Positions 26,905 to 34,390 of a stretch of DNA of 42,211 nucleotides are shown one piece after another (positions within the stretch are counted from its first letter, which is position 1; every line of letters starts with the position of its first letter). The translations under genes were made by a program, and so were the position numbers. The stretch is from assembly GCA_964522635.1 (NCBI GenBank), contig CAZFWT010000001.1, positions 15,780-57,990 on the forward strand, written 5' to 3'. Below the pieces are notes generated by a model. The model saw nothing but the letters and a program-made list of their open reading frames with translations. It was not told the origin of the DNA and searched no databases. Source of the stretch: an uncultured Halobacteria archaeon. Lineage in GTDB: Archaea; Halobacteriota; Syntropharchaeia; Alkanophagales; Methanospirareceae.

Positions 26905-27970
26905 CTGAATGCACCCGTAGTATGTGATAAAAGGTATCCCGTTCAGCGGGTATTTTATGTGCACCCCGCACAAGGCTCAGAATAGTCTCCTTCGGAAGCC
27001 TGAGTGGCGTATGAGCGCCAGCCGCATGCGTAACCCGCTCCTCCATTATCGTGCCGTCCAGATCATTCGCACCATACTGCAACGCAACCTGGGCAAGCTT
27101 CTCACCGAGCGCAACCCAGTACGCCCTGATACTCTTGAAATTCCGTAATACGATACGGGAAACCGCAATGGTTCTCAGCACGTCGATTGGATCCGCGCAG
27201 TCTTCGACAAGCCCTCGTGCCTTGAGTTCCGTGTTCTCTGGCTGGAAGAGGAGCGGAATAAAGGAGACAAAGCCGCCGGTCTCTTCCTGCAACGCCCAGA
27301 GTTTATAAAGATGAAGTGCGCGGTCTTTTAACGTTTCCAGATGTCCAAAGAGCATGGTGGCATTACTCTTGAGTCCGATGCGGTGTGCGCGCTCCATAAT
27401 GCGGAGCCATTCGCCAGCCGCCACTTTGTCAGGGCAGATTGCTGCTCGCAGCGTATCATCAAGGATCTCCGCGCCACCGCCGGGCAATGCGTCCAGGCCC
27501 GCGTCCTTGAGCCGATGGAGCACCTCATCCACACTCATCCGCTCAAGCTGCGCCAGGAAGTAAATCTCCGTCGCCGTCAGCGCCTTGATGATGACGCGTG
27601 GAAATCGCCCCTTTATGCGCGTGAACAGCTCCTCGAAGTACGCCACGTTCAGTTCTGGATTGAGCCCACCCACGATATGGAGCTCTGTAGCGCCCTGTGT
27701 AACGGCTTCTGCTGCTTTCTCCAGTACCTCATCAATACACATCTGATACGCGTCTGCTTCTCCTGCAGCGCGATAAAAGGCACAGAGCGGGCACCGTGCC
27801 GTGCAGATATTCGTGTAGTTGATGTGGCGGTTCACCACGTAGGTGACGAGGTTTCCGTTTCCGCGATTGATCGCATCAGCACGCGCTCCGAGCTCGTGGA
27901 GATCACACTCAAATAGCGCCTCAATTGCAGCCGGGGTCCAGTCATCGTTCGGCGATATCATGTACGTCAC
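26894..27970 (-). CDS. mqnE: Radical SAM futalosine-pathway enzyme, tentatively aminodeoxyfutalosine synthase (MqnE)
   Basis: Motifs present: VVNRHINYTNICTARCPLCAFY, GATELHIVGGLNP, LPGGGAEIL, SIRAYWVALGEKLAQVALQYGANDLDGTIMEERVTHAAG. It is a paralogue of the 25083 gene, and the E-versus-C call is tentative. Confidence 0.65.
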   Translation of the reverse strand: MTYMISPNDDWTPAAIEALFECDLHELGARADAINRGNGNLVTYVVNRHINYTNICTARCPLCAFYRAAGEADAYQMCIDEVLEKAAEAVTQGATELHIVGGLNPELNVAYFEELFTRIKGRFPRVIIKALTATEIYFLAQLERMSVDEVLHRLKDAGLDALPGGGAEILDDTLRAAICPDKVAAGEWLRIMERAHRIGLKSNATMLFGHLETLKDRALHLYKLWALQEETGGFVSFIPLLFQPENTELKARGLVEDCADPIDVLRTIAVSRIVLRNFKSIRAYWVALGEKLAQVALQYGANDLDGTIMEERVTHAAGAHTPLRLPKETILSLVRGAHKIPAERDTFYHILRVHSDDE

Positions 27971-28113
27971 TCTTTGTTGGGATTACGCAGGTGGTCTTAA
28001 CTTTCCACGTTTATAAACGTATCCTTTAATGGTCATATTCGGTTTGGAATATGACATGTCGCCGCGCAGGGCCGCTCTGAATAGGTGGGAGTGACGGACC
28101 GAAGGGGCTTGAA

Positions 28114-28866
28114 CTATACGTACACCCACCGGCAGACCTTCTTCTCCACACGGTCTATCGCCAGATAAATACCAAACCCGAGCAGCGCCATGGTGACGAT
28201 CGCCGCGTAAAGGTCCGGGTAATTCGCACGGCTCCATGCGTCCATAATCAGGTATCCCAGGCCCCTGGTCGTGGCAAACGATTCCACGAAGAAGAGCACT
28301 GCGATCGCCGTGCCCACGCTGATCCGCGTGGCGGTGAGGATCTTGGGGATACAGATCGGAATGATGACATGTCGATAAATCTCCTTCTTGCTCGCGCCCA
28401 GACTGAGCATGGGATAGACATAATTCCGGCTGATGCTCCGCGATGCGTCCCGTGTGGTCACCAGGATCTGGAAGAAGACGATGATCTCGATCATGATGAT
28501 CTTCGATAGATCGCCGATACCAAAGAAGAGGATGATCACCGGAAGCAGGACGATATGCGGAATGGGATAGAGCATGTAGATAAGCGGCGTGACGAGTGAA
28601 TCCACCCGCTTCTCGTAGCTGAGGAGCCCGATCGGAACGGCGATCGAGAACGCCAGAGCGATCCCGCAGGCGATCCTGATGGTGCTGATGAGCAGATTCG
28701 GGAGCAAATCGGTTCTCAGGCTCGCGAGGAAGGCGAAGAAAACCGTCAGCGGCGTTGGTAATGCGATCGAGTCCAGCATAACCGAGAGTAAATGCCAGAT
28801 TCCGTAGATCACGACCGCGATGACTAGATAGCTCCACCATCGAGGCTCTGCCGCACTTCCTTGCAT
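28114..28866 (-). CDS. ABC transporter permease (NitT/TauT-type binding-protein-dependent family)
   Basis: 250 aa with 6 hydrophobic spans and a conserved cytoplasmic loop ..MLSLGASKKEIYRHVIIPICIPKIL... It overlaps the ATPase gene's end by 43 nt. The alternative-frame ORF 27983..28840 is rejected. Confidence 0.8.
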   Translation of the reverse strand: MQGSAAEPRWWSYLVIAVVIYGIWHLLSVMLDSIALPTPLTVFFAFLASLRTDLLPNLLISTIRIACGIALAFSIAVPIGLLSYEKRVDSLVTPLIYMLYPIPHIVLLPVIILFFGIGDLSKIIMIEIIVFFQILVTTRDASRSISRNYVYPMLSLGASKKEIYRHVIIPICIPKILTATRISVGTAIAVLFFVESFATTRGLGYLIMDAWSRANYPDLYAAIVTMALLGFGIYLAIDRVEKKVCRWVYV

Positions 28867-29564
28867 TTCTCGAAGAATACCTCTTGTGTTCTGTACTTGA
28901 CGTTTCCCTTCTGGGGATTTTCGATCGTTTTGACGATGGTGCCCGGTCGCGGGGAGAGTACGACGATCTTTCGTCCGAAAAACACCGCCTCCTCTATACT
29001 GTGCGTGACGAGCAGCATGGTCATTCGCTTCTGCTGCCAGAGCTGCAGGAGCACATTCTGGAGATTCTCACGCGTCAGCGCGTCCAGCGAGGACAACGGC
29101 TCATCCATGAGCAGGATCTTCGGCTTCAGGGCCAGCATGCGCGCGAGGGCGACTCGTTGCTGCATCCCGCCCGACAATTGTTTCGGATAGTTCTTCTCGA
29201 ACCCGTGCAATCCGAGATCTTTGAGGAGCGATGAGACTATCTCCTGCTGCTCCTTTTTCTTCACACCGCGCAGCTCCAGGCCCAGCGAAACGTTCTCGTA
29301 CACCGTCTTCCAGGGGAAGAGCCCGTAGTCCTGGAAGATAAGCGCCAGTTCCTTCGACGGTCCGGTGACCTCATGGCGGTTTATCAGTGCCGTACCCGCG
29401 CTCGGCCGCAGGATACCGGCGAAGATAAGCAGGAGTGTCGTTTTACCGCAGCCCGAGGGCCCGATTACCGAGCAGCACTCGCCGCAGGGTATATCGAAGG
29501 TGATCCTGTGTACCGCTTCCGTTCCGTCCGGGTAAATCTTGGTAAGCTCCTTCGCTGCAATCAT
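28824..29564 (-). CDS. ABC transporter ATP-binding protein (NitT/TauT type)
   Basis: Walker A is GPSGCGKTT, the signature is LSGGMQQRVALARML, Walker B is ILLMDEPLSSLD, and the H-loop is LVTHSIEEA. Confidence 0.9.
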   Translation of the reverse strand: MIAAKELTKIYPDGTEAVHRITFDIPCGECCSVIGPSGCGKTTLLLIFAGILRPSAGTALINRHEVTGPSKELALIFQDYGLFPWKTVYENVSLGLELRGVKKKEQQEIVSSLLKDLGLHGFEKNYPKQLSGGMQQRVALARMLALKPKILLMDEPLSSLDALTRENLQNVLLQLWQQKRMTMLLVTHSIEEAVFFGRKIVVLSPRPGTIVKTIENPQKGNVKYRTQEVFFEKCKEVRQSLDGGAI

Positions 29565-29574
29565 CCACAGATAG

Positions 29575-30522
29575 TTAATAAATCACCTCGTCGTATGAAA
29601 TAGCTTCAGTCACCAAGCCTTTACTCTGCATCCAGCTCAGCACTGCCTCGAAATTATCGCGTGGATAGGGCGCAGCCTGCATGTAAGTGGCCATCTGGTA
29701 GGTCTCAGCAATCTCCTCAGGCACCTTTGCCGTTTGCACGAGCAGCTCACGGTAGTTCTCCGGATTTGCATTGATGCGGTCCACCGCTTCGTTGAACGCA
29801 GCGAGGAATTGCGCGACGCTCTCTGGGTGCTCGTCGATGAATTCGCCCCTGAACACGATCACCGTGTATCCGATCGTTTGGTCGATCATCGAGTCCGCGA
29901 TGACCAGGTGTGCACCCTGGTAAATGGCATAGCTTGCCAGCGGTTCTGCCAGGGTCGCCGCTTCATGCTTACCATCGAGCAGCAGCTGCATTCTGATCGG
30001 CACTTTCTTCTCTTCGATCTTGAGCGTCTGGACATCACCGAGCAAATTATCAGTTATCCATTCAATAACGGTATTGCTGGAAATGGCAACCTGCTTCCCT
30101 GCTAAATCTTCTACCGATCGTATCTCCGAGTCCGGGCTGGCGAGGATAGCGAACCGCATCTTCTCCGGTGTCTCGTGGAGCTCGCGACTGACGATCCGGG
30201 CGTCATAGCCCGCGTTCCGCAGCACGAGCACACCCACAGGATCGTTCTCTCCCGCGTCGATTTCTCCGGCGATGAGTGCACTGTCACGCTCCAGCGCGCT
30301 CTGGAACGGTACAACTTCAACATCCAGGCCGTGGTTCAGAAAAATCCCTTCCTGCTCCGCGACGTAATAGGGCAGCGTTGCTTCGTCCGGCATTGCACCC
30401 ACCTTCATGACTAGCAGTTCTTCACCCGTGCCCTCATCTGGTTGCTCGAGGCAGCCAAGAGACCCAGCACCAGCGAGGAGCACGACAGCGATCAGTATCA
30501 ACGTCCCTCTATTTACTGGCAT
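29575..30522 (-). CDS. ABC transporter substrate-binding lipoprotein (NMT1/THI5-like, SsuA/TauA/ThiY type)
   Basis: It has a signal peptide with the lipobox-like LLAGAGSLGCLEQ. The body reads MKVGAMPDEATLPYYVAEQEGIF..HGLDVEVVPFQSALERDSALIAGEIDA. It sits directly upstream of the ATPase and permease genes. Confidence 0.75.
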   Translation of the reverse strand: MPVNRGTLILIAVVLLAGAGSLGCLEQPDEGTGEELLVMKVGAMPDEATLPYYVAEQEGIFLNHGLDVEVVPFQSALERDSALIAGEIDAGENDPVGVLVLRNAGYDARIVSRELHETPEKMRFAILASPDSEIRSVEDLAGKQVAISSNTVIEWITDNLLGDVQTLKIEEKKVPIRMQLLLDGKHEAATLAEPLASYAIYQGAHLVIADSMIDQTIGYTVIVFRGEFIDEHPESVAQFLAAFNEAVDRINANPENYRELLVQTAKVPEEIAETYQMATYMQAAPYPRDNFEAVLSWMQSKGLVTEAISYDEVIY

Positions 30523-30599
30523 GTTTCGGCCTTTCTTCTGCGGCTATATAAACATATCCTTTTTTATTCATATCCATTACTGAATATAGTTAAGAGGTC

Positions 30600-31220
30600 A
30601 TGAAACCCCCCAAGCTTGAATACGAACGCATCCTCGAATTCCTCATCAAAAACGGCTCAGCCAGCAAGTACGGGATCGCAAAAGAGACTGCTATCCCCTA
30701 TCCCACCGTGCTGCGCAAACTTCCCGTGATGGAGCGTGCGCATCTCATCCTGAAGATCGGGGTGGGGAAGCGCGGCGCGGAGATCTACGTGGCAACGCCG
30801 AAAGGCACGCTCATCGCATACTTCAGCGGCCGGGTAGCAACCGCAGAGCTCTTTTTGGCACTACCTGAGATCATGAAACACGTGCAGATTTCATTGGATG
30901 ATCTCCCGGCGGTGAAGAACCCGCTGGGGTTTCTCATTGGCGGCTTGCCCTTTACGCTCGCGAATCTGGAGGACTTGAAGCCCGATGAGGCCGTGAGTAT
31001 CTTGGGCGCGCTTCTGATCTGGCGGCACGACGAGTGGTATCACGAGATTGGCGAGCGCGAGTTGGCGCAGTTGCTGTCATGGCACGAGAACTACCAGCTG
31101 TTGCGGTTCCTCGTTGCGGGCTCTGTGAACACGCTCAGCAGGATGAGCGAGCAGGCGCAGCAATTGAGCGCGCGCGCCAGCGTTTTCTTATCGGAGATGG
31201 ACGAGCTTGCGGATCAATAA
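30600..31220 (+). CDS. Putative winged-helix DNA-binding protein with an unassigned C-terminal domain
   Basis: The N-terminus YERILEFLIKNGSASKYGIAKETAIPYPTVLRKLPVMERAHLI..GKRGAEIYVATPKG looks like a wHTH. The remaining ~130 aa are not recognisable. Confidence 0.55.
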   Translation: MKPPKLEYERILEFLIKNGSASKYGIAKETAIPYPTVLRKLPVMERAHLILKIGVGKRGAEIYVATPKGTLIAYFSGRVATAELFLALPEIMKHVQISLDDLPAVKNPLGFLIGGLPFTLANLEDLKPDEAVSILGALLIWRHDEWYHEIGERELAQLLSWHENYQLLRFLVAGSVNTLSRMSEQAQQLSARASVFLSEMDELADQ

Positions 31221-31233
31221 CCGCACGAGCGCG

Positions 31234-31809
31234 CTACACGCCCAATTCGTCACTGAGCGGGATCATGGCGTCGAGTGCGAGCGCGAAGAAGTCGTTCCGC
31301 TCAAGGCCCAGCTCTTGACAGATCATTATATGCTCCCTGCTCACCGTGCGTGCGAACGATTTATCCTTGAACTTCTTCGTCAGCGATTTCGGGCGCACGT
31401 CCGCCAATTTGCGAGAGGGCATCATTAACGCGGTTGGCACAATGAGTCCTGAGACGGCGTCCGCAGCAACCAGGGCCTTCGCCATCTCGCTCTGCGGTTT
31501 ATAGCCCGTCATCTTATTGTGCGCCTTGATCGCGTCCAGGCACTCCTCAGGCAGTTTGCCGGTGAGCATCTCGGCCGTCATGAGCCCATGCTGCTCGAAA
31601 TCGTCTTTCGTGCGCTCGTAATCCAGATCGTGTAGCAAGCCAACAAGCGTCCATTGCTCCTTCTCCGCCTCGGTGACGCCCAGCTTTGCGGCGAGCGCCG
31701 ACATGATCGCAGCAACGGCGAGCATATGCTTCCGTAACGCATCGGTCTCCACTTCCTGTTCCAGTAACTCCTGAGCTTCTTCTAGCGAAATCATGACGCT
31801 TCTTCTCAC
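31234..31809 (-). CDS. HD-domain metal-dependent phosphohydrolase (COG2316-like)
   Basis: It reads RKHMLAVAAIM...VGLLHDLDYE (the H...HD motif). ~190 aa. The ATG at 31794 is an alternative start. Confidence 0.7.
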   Translation of the reverse strand: MRRSVMISLEEAQELLEQEVETDALRKHMLAVAAIMSALAAKLGVTEAEKEQWTLVGLLHDLDYERTKDDFEQHGLMTAEMLTGKLPEECLDAIKAHNKMTGYKPQSEMAKALVAADAVSGLIVPTALMMPSRKLADVRPKSLTKKFKDKSFARTVSREHIMICQELGLERNDFFALALDAMIPLSDELGV

Positions 31810-31845
31810 GGTCTTTAGTATTACAAAGAGAGCAGCTAAAAAAGA

Positions 31846-32430
31846 GTGGTGATAATGGGTAGAGAAGCGGAATTAGCTCGTATCGCGGAGCGCGTCCTGA
31901 ACTGTAACCGCTGCGAGCTGTGGCGAACACGTACCAATCCGGTGGTCGGTGAGGGCTCGCTCTTCGCGCGAATTATGCTCGTCGGTGAGGCCCCCGGTTA
32001 CTATGAAGATCAGCAGGGCAGGCCGTTCGTCGGCAAGGCCGGGCGGGTGCTCGACGAGCTCCTGGACTCGATTGGTCTCACACGCGACGACGTGTACATC
32101 GCGAACATCCTGAAATGCCGCCCGCCGCAGAACCGGAACCCGCAGCCAGAGGAGATACGGGCCTGCACACCTTATCTTGATGCGCAGCTTGAGCTCGTCA
32201 ATCCACCGATTATCGCGACACTCGGCAATTTCTCGCTGGCGTATATCTTCGACAAGTTCGGCTTGCCGAAGGAGCGCATAGGAAAGATCCACGGAACGGT
32301 CTTCACGGTAAGCACTATCGCCGGCGTTAAGCGGATCGTGCCCCTCTACCATCCTGCGGTCGCGACCTACAATGCAGGCATGCTTGCAACGCTAAGAGCT
32401 GATTTTACCGTGCTGGCAACGTATCTATGA
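31846..32430 (+). CDS. udg: Uracil-DNA glycosylase, family 4 (Fe-S type)
   Basis: Motifs present: CNRCELW, MLVGEAPGYYEDQQGRPFVGKAGRVLD, NILKCRPP, LYHPAV. Confidence 0.85.
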   Translation: MVIMGREAELARIAERVLNCNRCELWRTRTNPVVGEGSLFARIMLVGEAPGYYEDQQGRPFVGKAGRVLDELLDSIGLTRDDVYIANILKCRPPQNRNPQPEEIRACTPYLDAQLELVNPPIIATLGNFSLAYIFDKFGLPKERIGKIHGTVFTVSTIAGVKRIVPLYHPAVATYNAGMLATLRADFTVLATYL

Positions 32431-32481
32431 GTGGGGTTAGTTAACAATTTTTATCCATTGATCCTGCTGTATAATGTAACG

Positions 32482-32694
32482 ATGAAGTATACCGTAATCC
32501 TTGAAAAGGAAGAGGAAGGCGGATATTCGGCGCAGTGCCTCGAATTACCAGGCGCTATCAGCCAGGGCGAGACCAAGGAGGAAGCATTGCGGAACATAAC
32601 AGAAGCGATTGAGGCAGTGTTAGAGGTGCTTACCCAGGAAGCAAAAGTGCTGGGTGCGGTTGCGGAAATTTCTACGGTGGAAATAAGTGCTTAA
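32482..32694 (+). CDS. hicB: HicB-family antitoxin (UPF0150)
   Basis: It reads MKYTVILEKEEEGGYSAQCLELPGAISQGETKEEALRNITEAIEAVLE. A T-rich TATA-like box (TTTTTAT, 32448-32454) lies ~30 nt upstream. The region is AT-rich. Confidence 0.75.
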   Translation: MKYTVILEKEEEGGYSAQCLELPGAISQGETKEEALRNITEAIEAVLEVLTQEAKVLGAVAEISTVEISA

Positions 32695-32908
32695 GAAACT
32701 GCCATCTTCAGTTTCTGGCGAAGAAACGGTCAAAGCACTGGTGAAATTGGGCTTCGCCGCGAGATTATGAAAAGGAGATCACATAGTGCTTCAGAAGGAT
32801 CAACGCGTTTTCTCCGTTCCTCTCCATAAGACGCTTAAAAAAGGGACTTTGCGAAAAATTATACAGCAGGCAAGGCTATCCGTAGAGGAATTCAAGAAGG
32901 CGTTATAA
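32687..32908 (+). pseudogene. hicA: HicA-family mRNA-interferase toxin gene interrupted by an in-frame TGA
   Basis: Hand translation from GTG 32687 gives (M)LKKLPSSVSGEETVKALVKLGFAARL*KGDHIVLQKDQRVFSVPLHKTLKKGTLRKIIQQARLSVEEFKKAL*. It is colinear with HicA (..GF-x5-KGSH..VP.H..L..GTL..I..). The stop at 32768-32770 occupies a normal codon position. The gene overlaps the hicB stop. Confidence 0.65.
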
Positions 32909-32949
32909 CCTTTTTGCCCCTTTCCCTGCCTGGTATTCTATCCATCGAG

Positions 32950-34350
32950 CTAAGCTTTCGCCCGGTAGTTCGGATGGTACTTCTTGATGATGTGCTCGTC
33001 GATTCGCTTCAGCTCGCCTTCGGGTAGTGCGGAAAGCAAATCCCAGCCAAGGTCCAGCGTCTCGTCGATGCTCCGATCCTCGTTCCTGCTCTGTGTCACG
33101 AAACGCTTCTCAAATTTGTCTGCGAACTCCAGGAACCGCCGATCGCGCGTCGTCAACGCTTCCTCGCCGACGACCGCAACGAGATCTCGCATGTCTCGCC
33201 CTTCTGCATAGCCCGCGTAGAGCTGGTTAGACACGCCCGAGTGATCCTCACGCGTTCGCCCCTCGCCGATCCCCTCGTTCATCAGCCTCGAGAGCGAGGG
33301 CAGCACATCCACTGGCGGATAAATACCGCGTCGGTGGAGGTTGCGTGAGAGCACGAACTGACCCTCAGTAATATACCCTGTCAGATCGGGGATCGGATGC
33401 GTGATATCGTCATCCGGCATGCTCAGGATCGGAATCTGCGTGATCGAGCCCTTGCGACCTCTAATTCGCCCCGCGCGCTCGTAGTTCGTTGAGAGGTCGG
33501 TGTACATGTAGCCCGGATACCCGCGTCGGCCCGGCACCTCCTCGCGTGCCGCGGAGATCTCGCGCAGCGCCTCACAGTAGTTCGTCATGTCCGTGAGAAT
33601 AACGAGTATGTGCATGTCGTACTCATAAGCGAGGAACTCTGCCGTGGTCAGAGCCATACGCGGCGTGATCGTCCGCTCGATTGCCGGATCGTCTGCGAGG
33701 TTGAGGAACGCCACGATTCGCTCGATCGCACCCGTGCGCTCGAAATCATGCATGAAGAACGAGGCCTCCTCGTGCGTGATACCCATTGCGGCGAAAACCA
33801 CGGAGAACGGCTCGCTCGTCGTGAGCACCTTCGCCTGACGCGCGATCTGCGCAGCCAGCGCATTATGCGGCATGCCAGCGCCGGAGAAGATCGGCAGCTT
33901 CTGCCCGCGCACGAGCGTGTTCATCCCGTCGATCGTCGAGATCCCTGTCTGGATGAACTCACGCGGGTAATCACGGGTCGTGGGGTTGATGGAAGCGCCA
34001 ATGACCGAGAGCCGTTCTTCTGGAATGACCTCCGGTCCGCCATCCCGTGGCCGGCCCAGCCCATCAAAGAAACGACCCACCATGTCTTGGGAGACGCTCA
34101 CCCGCATGATGTCTCCGGTGAATCGCACCCGCGTCTTTGCGGTGTCGATCCCCGATGTGCCTTCGAAGACCTGCACCACGGCGAGCCCCGTGCTCGATTC
34201 CAGGACCTGTCCCATCTTCTCTTCACCGGAGGGCGTAACGATCCTCACGACCTCGCCGTAGGAAACGCCCTCAACATTCTCGACCACAATCAACGGCCCT
34301 GCCGCTTCTCGTATCGTTGTGTATTCTCGTGCAGAGGTATCTACCGCCAT
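32950..34350 (-). CDS. atpB: A1AO/V-type ATP synthase subunit B
   Basis: 466 aa. It reads [93 protein letters not shown]. Confidence 0.9.
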   Translation of the reverse strand: MAVDTSAREYTTIREAAGPLIVVENVEGVSYGEVVRIVTPSGEEKMGQVLESSTGLAVVQVFEGTSGIDTAKTRVRFTGDIMRVSVSQDMVGRFFDGLGRPRDGGPEVIPEERLSVIGASINPTTRDYPREFIQTGISTIDGMNTLVRGQKLPIFSGAGMPHNALAAQIARQAKVLTTSEPFSVVFAAMGITHEEASFFMHDFERTGAIERIVAFLNLADDPAIERTITPRMALTTAEFLAYEYDMHILVILTDMTNYCEALREISAAREEVPGRRGYPGYMYTDLSTNYERAGRIRGRKGSITQIPILSMPDDDITHPIPDLTGYITEGQFVLSRNLHRRGIYPPVDVLPSLSRLMNEGIGEGRTREDHSGVSNQLYAGYAEGRDMRDLVAVVGEEALTTRDRRFLEFADKFEKRFVTQSRNEDRSIDETLDLGWDLLSALPEGELKRIDEHIIKKYHPNYRAKA

Positions 34351-34390
34351 GTTATCTCCTCCTTATATAAGTATAAGGCTTCTGGCCGCC

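Noticed and set aside
27983-28840. 285-aa minus-strand ORF overlapping the ABC permease in another frame
   Set aside because: The 28114..28866 frame gives a canonical 6-TM permease with the conserved cytoplasmic loop. The alternative frame is hydrophilic, Arg/His/Pro-rich and motif-free.
32768-32770. The in-frame TGA in hicA read as selenocysteine recoding
   Set aside because: HicA toxins are not selenoproteins. The position aligns with an ordinary, non-catalytic residue, and I saw no obvious SECIS-like hairpin downstream. A nonsense mutation is the simpler reading.
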